Part shown: positions 42,350-52,192 of the stretch, piece after piece
How the letters are laid out: every line of letters starts with the position of its first letter
Numbering within the stretch: the stretch's first letter is position 1
From: an uncultured archaeon
GTDB taxonomy: Archaea; Asgardarchaeota; Lokiarchaeia; Sigyniarchaeales; SOKP01
Length of the DNA stretch: 64,000 nucleotides
Assembly (NCBI GenBank): GCA_964508365.1
Contig: CAZDTP010000009.1
Location: 865 to 64,864, forward strand
Direction of reading: 5' to 3'
Notes under the pieces: generated by a model
What the model was told of the DNA's origin: nothing
Seen by the model: only the letters and a program-made list of their open reading frames with translations
Database searches by the model: none
Translations under genes and position numbers: made by a program

Positions 42350-43741
42350 TTATGTATTTGTGTCTTCTTCACTATCCGCTTCTTCTTCCAAGATTTCATC
42401 TTGATCTTCTTCAGAGAGTTCTTTTGGTTCTTCTTTTTCTTCTTTAGAAGGTTTCTCTCCAACAGGAGTGTCACACACAGGACATTTTCTCCATCCGGGT
42501 CTTAAACTATATCCACAGTTAGAACATTCAGGCATCTCTTGATCAGGTTGCCATTCAGGAATATTTAATCCCCCTCTTCTTCTTTTTTCAGCTAATTCCT
42601 GTAAATCTTCTTCTTTCCATACCTCCATACCTTCAGGGATTCCCGAACCGCGCTCTTCAGCGAATTTAAGTAAATCTTCTTCCTCCCAAGTAGGAAGGTT
42701 TGGTTGGGTAGTTAACCTCTTTTGAGCTTCGTTAGCGAGCTCTTCAGCGGTCCAAGCTTTTAACTCTTGACCTCCTGGCGTTCTAATCCCTCCTTCTGAA
42801 GGTCCAGAAACCTGTCCTTCGGAGATAGATTGTTGTGGCCCTGGTAAAGGTATTTGACAACATGAAGCAGACAATTTTAAAAAAGCTTCAAAACAATTTC
42901 CAAAACGAGACTGTTCTTGACCTTCATCGGTAATAAGGATGATACTTTTTTTGTCAGAAGGAAGAGGAACTATAATACTACAAACAGCTGTGTCTGATTT
43001 AACTCTCTCGGATTCTATAGCAGTCATAATTTTTTCCATGGAGTTGTTTAAATCAGAATCTTTCATCAAAAAATCACAAATTGGGTCGCCATGTCTTTGA
43101 AATTCCTCGTGATATTTTGATAACTGATTTTTAGTAATAATAGAATCTAGTGAATTAATGATGGCGCTCATATAGGGAAAAATATGAGATTTAGGTTCTT
43201 TTTGTGAATCATCAAGTTTGTATCCTCCTAGATCAATGTTTCCCGTAAAAGGAGCGAACAATGGTTCTTGACCTTTAATTTTCCCATATAATGTTGTTCT
43301 ACCAACAAAACATTTTATCTCCCCATAATACGCAATAGTATTATCTATTAGTTGGATTTTGTCAGTATAAGAAATTCGAGGAATAGTACGAAAAATGACA
43401 TCAACCCAAGGAAGTTCTTTTACAGGTATTATAACAACGCAAGTCTTAATAATTAATTCTGATAATTTTTTAAGATATTCCTTTAGATTTTTTTTAATTT
43501 CTTTATATTTGTCTTTTTCTAATTCAGTCTCAGCATTCTTCATAAACTCATTGAATTTTTCTTCGTTTTTTTTAACAGAACCTCCATACGACTTTACATC
43601 TCCTACAATATTATCTTTTAAAATGAAAGTAGCATCGTTTATGATTTTACTTTGTAGTTCTGTAAGTTCTTCTACTAAATAATCACTTACATCAAAATCC
43701 AAACTGTTTATAAAGATTTCAAACAATTTTGCTTCAGACAA
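42350..43741 (-). CDS. protein with uncharacterised N-terminal region, three W-x-x-E-[ED]-L repeats, zinc ribbon and acidic tail
   Basis: The repeats are AWTAEELANEAQKR, TWEEEDLLKFAEER and VWKEEDLQELAEKR (about 42542-42769). The Zn ribbon is CSNCGYSLRPGWRKCPVC (42473-42526). The C-terminus is EEKEEPKELSEEDQDEILEEEADSEED. TTG start. Confidence 0.5.
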   Translation of the reverse strand: MSEAKLFEIFINSLDFDVSDYLVEELTELQSKIINDATFILKDNIVGDVKSYGGSVKKNEEKFNEFMKNAETELEKDKYKEIKKNLKEYLKKLSELIIKTCVVIIPVKELPWVDVIFRTIPRISYTDKIQLIDNTIAYYGEIKCFVGRTTLYGKIKGQEPLFAPFTGNIDLGGYKLDDSQKEPKSHIFPYMSAIINSLDSIITKNQLSKYHEEFQRHGDPICDFLMKDSDLNNSMEKIMTAIESERVKSDTAVCSIIVPLPSDKKSIILITDEGQEQSRFGNCFEAFLKLSASCCQIPLPGPQQSISEGQVSGPSEGGIRTPGGQELKAWTAEELANEAQKRLTTQPNLPTWEEEDLLKFAEERGSGIPEGMEVWKEEDLQELAEKRRRGGLNIPEWQPDQEMPECSNCGYSLRPGWRKCPVCDTPVGEKPSKEEKEEPKELSEEDQDEILEEEADSEEDTNT

Positions 43742-43883
43742 TTTTAATACCTTCCTATTTAGATTTAATAATCTTATATTTATATTTATAGCAACGAATT
43801 GAATATAAAAATTTATTTAAAACACAATCAATTCACTATTAGATATTGATGTGTAATATTTTTAAGAGAGATGTAATGAAAAA

Positions 43884-44909
43884 GTGAACGGCAAGAAAAT
43901 TATAGTCTGTTTTAGCTCTAAAGTTTCTATTGAGGTCCAAAATTATTTAAAGGAACATTTAAAACCACTTTCAAATGTAAGAATTATCTTTCCAGAAGAT
44001 ACATCGGATGAAAATCTAAAAAACATAGTTCCGGAGGTGGATGTTCTAATCGGTTGGAGACCGTCTAAAAGTTTATTAGAATCCGGGAAGAATTTAAAGG
44101 TATTCATTAATCCTGGAGCGGGCATTAAGCACCTATTAGAATTATTTATTGAATTAAATAACTATAGGAAGGTTACCCTAATTAATGGTCATGGAAATTC
44201 CTACTTTGTGGCTCAACATGCTGTAGCATTGCTCCTAACTCTTACGAACAAAACTATACCACATCACATTTGGATGAAAGAAGGAAAATGGAGGACTGGA
44301 GATCAAGATGCTGCTTCGATTCCATTGCGTTTTCGTGAAGTAGGGCTGTTAGGTTATGGTGCAATTAACAAAAAAGTTCATCAATTTCTTGCTGGTTTCG
44401 ATATAAAGTTCCATATTCTCAGAAAAAATTGGAATAAACAAAAAGAAAAATTACCTACAGAAGCTAAGAAATATGGTTTTGCAGAGTTAGATGATTTTTT
44501 AACAGAAATAGATGTTTTAATAATAGCTGTCCCGCACACTTCACTGACTTCGGGGTTGATTAAAGCACGAGAACATAAGTTATTAGGTCCGAAAGGATTG
44601 ATTATCAATGTTGCAAGAGGAGACATAATAAACCAAGAAGATTTATACAATGCTTTAAAAAATAAGACAATTCTGGGGGCCGCTATAGATGTTTGGTATA
44701 ATTATCACCCAAAAGCTGATAAAGAAGATTTAAAATATCCATATGAATTTCCTTTTCATAATCTCGATAACATTGTTCTATCTCCGCATAGAGGTTATTC
44801 CCCTTTTAATGATCTCTTAAGATGGGATGAAGTTATCGAAAATATTAATCGAATAAGTCAAGGTCGAAGTGATTTAATCAATGTTGTTAATCTGAAAGAA
44901 GAATACTAA
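43884..44909 (+). CDS. D-isomer-specific 2-hydroxyacid dehydrogenase family protein
   Basis: The NAD-binding motif is GLLGYGAINKKV, with INVARGD and the LSPHRG catalytic His region. GTG start. Confidence 0.8.
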   Translation: MNGKKIIVCFSSKVSIEVQNYLKEHLKPLSNVRIIFPEDTSDENLKNIVPEVDVLIGWRPSKSLLESGKNLKVFINPGAGIKHLLELFIELNNYRKVTLINGHGNSYFVAQHAVALLLTLTNKTIPHHIWMKEGKWRTGDQDAASIPLRFREVGLLGYGAINKKVHQFLAGFDIKFHILRKNWNKQKEKLPTEAKKYGFAELDDFLTEIDVLIIAVPHTSLTSGLIKAREHKLLGPKGLIINVARGDIINQEDLYNALKNKTILGAAIDVWYNYHPKADKEDLKYPYEFPFHNLDNIVLSPHRGYSPFNDLLRWDEVIENINRISQGRSDLINVVNLKEEY

Positions 44910-45457
44910 AATATAATTAAATATATACCAAAAGTAGCTAACTTTTTTTATATCTTATTAAAAAATCAAAAATCGATAATATTTCTAATCTATAAATAAC
45001 AAGGGAGATATTAGGGGGGAATAATTAATAATAAGCAATCAATTAAAAAATTATGTGCAAATTTAATACCGATTTGTAATTTAATTTATATAATTTCAAG
45101 TTCTGCTTATTTCAGAATTTTCTTGCGAAAAAGTGGATATATAATTTTTTTTTACGAATTTAAAAGTTCGACATTAATTATTTTTTAATTTTAATAGATT
45201 TTTAAAAAAATTTTAGATACTATAAAAAAATTTCAAAAATATTTTCAAATATTACTTTAGAATGATAATTTTTAACTTTAGCGTAAGGTTTAGAACCAGA
45301 ATGAGTTAATGGGATGGGGTTTAGCCTAAATTATAAATTCGGTAAAAAAAATTTTATAAAAATATATTAACCCACTAAAAAAAAATCTTTATATAGTATT
45401 TTATAATAACTAATCATATAAAGAATAATCAAAAAAAAATATGGTTAAGGCGATTTC

Positions 45458-45748
45458 ATGAAAATTGTTACTGTTAATGTACCTGAAAGCTATATAGATG
45501 CAATAAAAAAATTAATTGGGCGAGAAGGATTGTACCCCAGTCGATCAGAATTGATAAGATGTGCTGTTAGAGAATTTCTAATAAAAGAACTTAAGCTTGC
45601 TAATAATATGGCAAATTATAGTGAAGTAGAAATTGATGATTTTGACGATGAGAATTTTGTAAGAGTTCCAATAGAAAGTGTAAATGAAAAATCTGAACCG
45701 GTACGGGAATTTAGAACTTATAAAATTTTAAAGAGGTTGGAACACTAA
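45458..45748 (+). CDS. ribbon-helix-helix (CopG/Arc/MetJ-type) DNA-binding protein
   Basis: MKIVTVNVPESYIDAIKKLIGREGLYPSRSELIRCAVREFL is a canonical RHH. An acidic C-terminal tail follows. Confidence 0.65.
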   Translation: MKIVTVNVPESYIDAIKKLIGREGLYPSRSELIRCAVREFLIKELKLANNMANYSEVEIDDFDDENFVRVPIESVNEKSEPVREFRTYKILKRLEH

Positions 45749-46087
45749 AAAGCGAAATGTATTTATTAACATACAGCTTTTCTCGCAAATAATGGCAAAC
45801 TTTAGTTTTTCTCTATTCTTCTTTTTTTTATTTTAATAGAAGTACGCGTAAATTCATTATATTGTATCCACTACATATTTGTATAAATGAACAAAATTTT
45901 GTTTTTTTACTTAATCCTAGAAAAAATTTTCAGTTTAACTAGAAGAAGAACTAAGTAATGCAAATTCTTCAATCTTATTTATATAAAATCATTTTTTAAC
46001 ATTGTGTAAGTTAAATATTTAAGAGAAGTAAATTCTAAATATGATATTACTAAAATTAAAGGGTGTAATAATATTTCGAGCAAAAAA

Positions 46088-47341
46088 ATGATCCCAAAAT
46101 TTATGGAGTGGGGTATTATAAACAAGGACAATTTTACTGGAAAAACAAGCTATGATGTTCCTATTAAAAGGTGGGATCCCTTATCAACAGTAATCATAAG
46201 ATCGGAAGATTTTGGTCTAAGAAAAGAGCGTAAAAGATATTATGGTCACTTTGCTTACATATCCCCAATCAGAAGTGCAAGACCAAAGGGTTTTACAGGT
46301 ATTGAAGAAGAAAATCAATTTTACGATTGCTCAAAGAAAATTACTATCAAGCATAAAGATGTGTTTACATCGGTTACAGAAGGAAAGCCTATTTATGATA
46401 ACTTGGGAAACCAATTAGGAGATGGTTTTACGATTATTATTACCGAAGATGAGAAAAGGAGAGACAATCCATTTTTGGAAATGCCACATCAAGCCCAGAG
46501 AATACCAAGGGATTGTAAAGCACTAACAGTAATTAATAGATATCCTTCGATGGCTCGGATTGTTGATCCTGATATTCAAAAATTAATTACTGATAAATTA
46601 CCTTTGCATTTAAAATTCTCAAGAGGAATTAATTTAGTTACGATTTCTAGAGATTTCTATCCCTCTTTGTGTTTTAAACTAATACCTGAAGATGTATTAG
46701 CAGGGATTTTTCTTTCAATGAAAGCAGCAATTCTTTATTGCGTGGAAGAAGCTATTGAAAGGGATTTCTATGATATTCCCGTTACTCCATTTTTCAATAT
46801 AGGCATTAAAGTTGGTGGTTCACAGCCTCGCATACATAGTCAAGTTTATATTGATTTAAATATGGATGGTCATGGAAACCGGTTGGAGGGTCATCTTGAA
46901 GCATTTAAAGAAATGGGAGATAATTGTCATTTGTGTCAATCATCTCATGGAAATAGTGATCGTGTAATATTAAAAACTGAATATTGGACTTTTTACACCG
47001 CGGGGAGTCCAGTGAGGAACTACCATATTCGTTTTCATCCAAATGAACACTTACGGAGGTTTTCTCAATTAAAACTTAACCAAATAAATGATTTAGCAAA
47101 AGTCCTTAAGATCATCTTTCAAGGTTTAGATGATATTTCAATTGATCAAAACCGAAATATTCTATTTAATTGTTGTCCCTTCCACTATGACGCAAATTTC
47201 CATCTTTTTGGTGATATTATCCCGCATGAAATTATTGGGGGCGCGGAAATGGTAGATGATATGAGAGTTGCAAGAAAATTACCTCACATAGCCGCTGCTG
47301 AAATTAGAGAATCTTTAGAAAAATATTTATCAGCAAACTAA
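46088..47341 (+). CDS. GalT-like (HIT-superfamily) hexose-1-phosphate nucleotidyltransferase / NDP-sugar phosphorylase
   Basis: RSARPKGF, VINRYPSM and GGSQPRIHSQVYID occur in the order of GalT-family blocks (RxxRP, NxYP, H-x-H-x-Q). Only the nucleophile His is retained (RIHSQ). Confidence 0.5.
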   Translation: MIPKFMEWGIINKDNFTGKTSYDVPIKRWDPLSTVIIRSEDFGLRKERKRYYGHFAYISPIRSARPKGFTGIEEENQFYDCSKKITIKHKDVFTSVTEGKPIYDNLGNQLGDGFTIIITEDEKRRDNPFLEMPHQAQRIPRDCKALTVINRYPSMARIVDPDIQKLITDKLPLHLKFSRGINLVTISRDFYPSLCFKLIPEDVLAGIFLSMKAAILYCVEEAIERDFYDIPVTPFFNIGIKVGGSQPRIHSQVYIDLNMDGHGNRLEGHLEAFKEMGDNCHLCQSSHGNSDRVILKTEYWTFYTAGSPVRNYHIRFHPNEHLRRFSQLKLNQINDLAKVLKIIFQGLDDISIDQNRNILFNCCPFHYDANFHLFGDIIPHEIIGGAEMVDDMRVARKLPHIAAAEIRESLEKYLSAN

Positions 47342-47475
47342 TTGAAGGGTTTCTGAATAAAACTAAAAATCGCTTATTTCTCAACTTTTATTCTAAAATT
47401 AAAATTATATTAAAATTATATTTAAATCTGATTTAAAATAATATAAATAGTAAAAGTTCTTTTGAGGATTCCATA

Positions 47476-48624
47476 TTGAGAGAATGGTCTGCTATAATTT
47501 TAGCTGGTGGAAAGGGCAATAGGCTGATGCCGCTAACATCAGAGCTCCCCAAACCACTGGTAAAGGTAACTAATAAACCAATGGTGGATTATTCTATCGC
47601 TCATTTAATATTTGCTGATATAAAGCATATTATCCTTGCTTTAGCCTATAAAGGGGAAGAGTTAAAGAAATATATAGAAAAAACTTGGACTTCGGATAAA
47701 TTAGGTGATGTTGAGCTTGAATGTATGATTCAAGAAAGTAAGGGAACTGCTGATGCATATCGATTACTAACTGACAAAATTGATTCTGAAAAAATAGTAG
47801 TAAGCATGGCAGATATAGTAACTAATCTTCCTATGAAAGATTTCATGAGTTTTCATACTGAAAAAGGAGGGATTGCTACAATTTCAATGAAAACTAGCGA
47901 AGGCTATACAAGTCAATATGGCGTAATATTATTAGATAATAATCGCAAAATTTACCTATTTTTAGAAAAACCTGCTCCTATGGAGTTATATTTAAGTAGT
48001 ATGGCTCAAAGAACGGATTTGTTTCTACATACAAATATAATTAATACAGGAATCTATTGTTTCAGAAAGGAAATTGATCAAACACTTCAAGAAACAGGTT
48101 TGATGGATTTTGGAGGAGAAGTTTTTCCATATCTCCTAGAAAATAATTATGACCTCTATGGTTTTGTACAAAATTATTACTGGCTTGATTGCGGAAACGC
48201 TCAAACATATTTGTGGGCTAATTGGGATTTATTAAGGAAATATACCTGGCCAATTACCCCTAATGGTGAAGAATACGACGGTGTTTTTGTAATGGGTATT
48301 ATTAATTCTGGGCAAAATACGATGATCGAAAAACCTTCGTGTTTTGGAGAACACGTAGAACTTCTTAATAGAGTAATAATTAAACCCTTGACTTCAATAG
48401 GAAATCGAGTTAAAATAGGAGAAGATACAATTATAGAGAAAAGTGTAATATGGGATGATGTAAACATTGGTGCAGGGTGCCGAATAGACGAGTCCATTAT
48501 ATGTAATAACTGCGACATAGGTGATAATGTAGTTCTACATAATGCAATTATAGCACCAAATAGCCGAATTAGTAATGACACCCAAATAAGAGATAAAACT
48601 CTTAATTTAGGTACTGATATCTAA
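47476..48624 (+). CDS. sugar-1-phosphate nucleotidyltransferase with C-terminal left-handed beta-helix
   Basis: ILAGGKGNRLMPLTSELPKPLV is the NTP-transferase signature. The C-terminal hexapeptide-like repeats are IGNRVKIGEDTIIEKSVIWDDVNIGAGCRI. TTG start. Confidence 0.8.
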   Translation: MREWSAIILAGGKGNRLMPLTSELPKPLVKVTNKPMVDYSIAHLIFADIKHIILALAYKGEELKKYIEKTWTSDKLGDVELECMIQESKGTADAYRLLTDKIDSEKIVVSMADIVTNLPMKDFMSFHTEKGGIATISMKTSEGYTSQYGVILLDNNRKIYLFLEKPAPMELYLSSMAQRTDLFLHTNIINTGIYCFRKEIDQTLQETGLMDFGGEVFPYLLENNYDLYGFVQNYYWLDCGNAQTYLWANWDLLRKYTWPITPNGEEYDGVFVMGIINSGQNTMIEKPSCFGEHVELLNRVIIKPLTSIGNRVKIGEDTIIEKSVIWDDVNIGAGCRIDESIICNNCDIGDNVVLHNAIIAPNSRISNDTQIRDKTLNLGTDI

Positions 48625-48640
48625 ACTCTAAAAAAACGCC

Positions 48641-51600
48641 TTAGGTTTGAGGATAATTATGCAAATCATCTAATAACTTAATAACCTGGAAGTTAGTAGT
48701 TTTTGAAACTTTTTTGATTATTAAATAATAATCTAATAACTTCTTTAATTCCTCATCTGCATCCTCCATTGATTTAACAAGCAATTCAATAATAGCAGTT
48801 AACCACATCCATTTAATAAAATTATCAAATAATTCAGCATTATACCATAGAAGCTGTTGATATCGGTTAACCTTTAAATATTGCTGTATTTCGGGATCGC
48901 TAAAAAACAGTTGGAAAACTGAATACAAATCTTTTTTGTCATTTATAACTAAATTAGACCAATCATGTAAACCTATCATTAACTTAATAATCGAACCTGC
49001 TTCTAATCTCTTCTCCCCTTTATCTTTGCTCAAACCATTCAGTGTATTGTTAATATACTTAGAAAGTCTCCATTCATCGAATAGACTTCGACTTAGGAGC
49101 TTATAATTATCATTTGATTCGAATCTCCCCAATTGGTGAACAATAAGATATGAAAAAACAATACCCCATTCAACTTCAGATAATGGGAGCAAGTTTATAA
49201 AAATATCTTTATATTCCTCTGGAATTCTCAATTCTCCTACTTTGTGTTTTAGTTTTAGTAATACTTCAATTTTCAACACGATATCATGTTTAATTTCCGT
49301 ATAATCCTTTTGACTTGTTGAATAGTTTTTCACTTCAAGCAAAAACTCATCTAGATTATTGTAAATCAATTCAGCTTCTTTTCTTGCTTTTTCTGGATTT
49401 AATAGATTTTTTAATGAGTTAGTATTGATTAAAATCTTAAAAGATTTATGCAAGGGTTGATATACAAGTTCATGTAAAGTTTCACTAATGTTAGGGACCC
49501 CCTTACCATTTAAAAGATCATGGAGCTGGGCATAATGGAAAAATTCATTATCGTTGATAATTTGAAAGTCCATAAACGAGAACATTTGATATGCATGTAG
49601 TTCTATATATAAACCATGATCATGGAGTTCCTTATTTCTTCTTATGTATTCCATTCCAGTAAGATAATCTTTAAAGATACAATATCCCTCTACTGGTAAT
49701 TTTAAACCCTCTGCTAAAGTTCTCTGGACTATATCTTTATTATCGTTCACTTTTTGAACAAATCCAACTGAATTTTTGATAAAACCGCTTACCTCAGCGT
49801 ACCTATTATGATAAATTATTAATGCACACTCATTTTTAACCCGGTTAGAATACGCAAACACATCTTCGTTGACCACATTACCGGTCCAAAAGTCATACAG
49901 TAAAAAATTATCAACATTAGCAAAAAGATAGCGCTTCTTCATTATCGGGAAGATTATTCTTTTATGATGCTCAAGTAAGCCTATATTGATTTCTTCATCC
50001 CAGTAAGCCCGTCTATATTCCATACCATACTTTTCGTGATATCCCTCGATTTGACCGTGGCCAAACATTGGAAGCCCAGGCATAGTTACCATCATTAAGC
50101 AAACACCAAAGTATTTATCACCATCACCAAATTGCTTGATAGCAGTTTCTTCATCGGGATTATTCATAAAATTTACAAATCTTTTAAGAATTTCCGGATC
50201 AAATTGGAGTGTATTTTTTATTACTAAACGATACATAGCGTTATCCTCATCTCTAAGCATATTCATAAATGCAGAATTATATACACGATGCATCCCTAAT
50301 GTTCTCACAAAAAATCCTTCAAGCAACCAGAATGCTTCTGCTAGTAATAATGTATCTGGATTTTCCTTATTGATCCTATCAACAACTTCTCGCCAAAACT
50401 CTGATGGCATCGCTTTATAAAACTCATCTTTAGAGATTCCATGCTCCGCTCTTGAAGGTATAGCGCCCCCAGTTCCAGGTTCTGGAAACCATAATCTTTG
50501 GTAATGTTTTCTCGTAAGAGTCATGGCAGCATCAAATCGAATAATAGGGAACATCTTGGAAATGTGTAAAATAGTTTGAATAGCGGTTTCTCGAACATCA
50601 GGGTTTAAAAAATCTAATTGAGCTGTATCGTTCCATGGAAAACTAGTACCATCATTTCCATGATAAATATACTTGACTTCACCAGTTCGAAAATTTTCAT
50701 ATTTAAATGTAACTGCAGCATCTGTTCTTGTAAAATATTTATCTTCCAGATATATACCTATATTCGGATCTCCTGATAAATTATCACCTGAAAAACCATA
50801 AGAGGGAAAAGGAGAGTATGGCAAAGATATATACCAATCGGGATGTTCTAACACCCATTTTGAAACAATTCCCGTGTGATTAGGCACCACATCACAAGCG
50901 AGACGAATTCCTCTCTCTATAGCCCTATTTTTTAAATTTTCATAAGAATCATAACCGCCTAAATCATGCGCGATAACATAGTCATAAGTTGAATAAGCAC
51001 TTGCTTCTGCTTCGGGATTACCACACCATCTCTTAATTGTTTTAGACGCTTGACTTCTTTCCCATAATCCAATGAGCCAAAGACCAGTAAACCCCCATTC
51101 TTTCAGTTGATTTAATTCTTCATTGGGGATATCATGTAATTTTGTAATTGTTCTATCATACTTTTTCGAAAGCTGGTCCATCCAAACATAAATATTTTTA
51201 GCGATCATGACTACCTTTGGCATCCAATCTTTATCGATAGTATAATTTTCTATTTCCATAGAATCATATTCATAAACTTCTGACTCTCCAGGACCTAATC
51301 CCCTTAACATCTCTTCTTCCCTTATAATATCAAGAGCAATTAAGATTTGGAATATGTGCTTTCCTAATATCGATCCCCAGTTGTCATGAATGTACACTAA
51401 TTGATCTCTAATTGAATGTGGATATTTTTCTACCGGTTCTGTCAACATTTTAATTAAATTCTGATTATTAGGTCCAAATTTAGCTTTTTCTTCAAAAAAG
51501 GTAGTGATATCATCGATGATTTCCCTATAAGCTGTCTGCTTTTCAAGTAATTCATCGTCAAATAGTTCGATAAAAGGAGAATAGGAGGGATTCATATTTC

Positions 51601-52063
51601 CGAGCCAAAGATTTACAAATTCATCAACAAAATGGATTTCATTATCAACTCCCCCTCCTTCATCTTTTAAAAACTCTTCAATTTTTAATTCCTCTTGGTA
51701 TACAATATCTGGAGGAAATTCCTCTATTAAGGAATAGATTGCCTCTTCTAATTTAGAACTACCAATTTTATTTTCTAAAAATTCATACAGTTCATTATTT
51801 AACCGTATATTCTGGGTTTCTTCTTTGTACAAATTGAATATGAATTTATTAATTTCGTACATTAATACCATTCCATTGAATTCGCCAATTCGAATAGCCA
51901 TTTCCGGATAGTTAATTAAATCTCTTTTTTGATTTAATTTTTGAACGAACATCCTAACTAAATGGATATCTCCGTTAAATTCAATATTACCCTTTTCGGA
52001 AAATTTAAACTCAGCAAATTCGTACTTATTTCTTGCATCTCTCGAGATTTTCATGAGAATCAC
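48641..52063 (-). CDS. large (1140 aa) GH13 alpha-amylase-family enzyme with long N- and C-terminal extensions
   Basis: GH13 regions: I RLACDVVPNHTG, II FPIIRFDAAMTL, III LLLAEAFW, IV FVNFMNNPDEE (non-canonical, in place of NHD). The start is GTG 52063 or ATG 52054. Confidence 0.75.
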   Translation of the reverse strand: MILMKISRDARNKYEFAEFKFSEKGNIEFNGDIHLVRMFVQKLNQKRDLINYPEMAIRIGEFNGMVLMYEINKFIFNLYKEETQNIRLNNELYEFLENKIGSSKLEEAIYSLIEEFPPDIVYQEELKIEEFLKDEGGGVDNEIHFVDEFVNLWLGNMNPSYSPFIELFDDELLEKQTAYREIIDDITTFFEEKAKFGPNNQNLIKMLTEPVEKYPHSIRDQLVYIHDNWGSILGKHIFQILIALDIIREEEMLRGLGPGESEVYEYDSMEIENYTIDKDWMPKVVMIAKNIYVWMDQLSKKYDRTITKLHDIPNEELNQLKEWGFTGLWLIGLWERSQASKTIKRWCGNPEAEASAYSTYDYVIAHDLGGYDSYENLKNRAIERGIRLACDVVPNHTGIVSKWVLEHPDWYISLPYSPFPSYGFSGDNLSGDPNIGIYLEDKYFTRTDAAVTFKYENFRTGEVKYIYHGNDGTSFPWNDTAQLDFLNPDVRETAIQTILHISKMFPIIRFDAAMTLTRKHYQRLWFPEPGTGGAIPSRAEHGISKDEFYKAMPSEFWREVVDRINKENPDTLLLAEAFWLLEGFFVRTLGMHRVYNSAFMNMLRDEDNAMYRLVIKNTLQFDPEILKRFVNFMNNPDEETAIKQFGDGDKYFGVCLMMVTMPGLPMFGHGQIEGYHEKYGMEYRRAYWDEEINIGLLEHHKRIIFPIMKKRYLFANVDNFLLYDFWTGNVVNEDVFAYSNRVKNECALIIYHNRYAEVSGFIKNSVGFVQKVNDNKDIVQRTLAEGLKLPVEGYCIFKDYLTGMEYIRRNKELHDHGLYIELHAYQMFSFMDFQIINDNEFFHYAQLHDLLNGKGVPNISETLHELVYQPLHKSFKILINTNSLKNLLNPEKARKEAELIYNNLDEFLLEVKNYSTSQKDYTEIKHDIVLKIEVLLKLKHKVGELRIPEEYKDIFINLLPLSEVEWGIVFSYLIVHQLGRFESNDNYKLLSRSLFDEWRLSKYINNTLNGLSKDKGEKRLEAGSIIKLMIGLHDWSNLVINDKKDLYSVFQLFFSDPEIQQYLKVNRYQQLLWYNAELFDNFIKWMWLTAIIELLVKSMEDADEELKKLLDYYLIIKKVSKTTNFQVIKLLDDLHNYPQT

Positions 52064-52192
52064 GACTTATTACTTTATAATTTTATTAATTGTGCCCTAA
52101 CATTAATTAACAAATGTATTTTTAAACGAAAGTTATTATTTTAAAGCAAGCTATACTAATTATAGTTTACAATTCGATAATTCAAAATTTGA

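Noticed and set aside
44910-45457. Replication origin in the 548-bp AT-rich spacer
   Set aside because: There is no adjacent orc1/cdc6 gene and I could not find repeated ORB-like inverted elements. AT-richness alone is uninformative in this genome.
33509-45748. Calling the block between the glucan genes a mobile genomic island
   Set aside because: I could find no integrase, flanking tRNA or terminal direct repeats. It is kept only as a synteny question in the findings.
48201-48581. 126-aa minus-strand ORF
   Set aside because: It is antisense to the left-handed beta-helix region of the nucleotidyltransferase gene. The repetitive hexapeptide coding sequence tends to stay open on the opposite strand.
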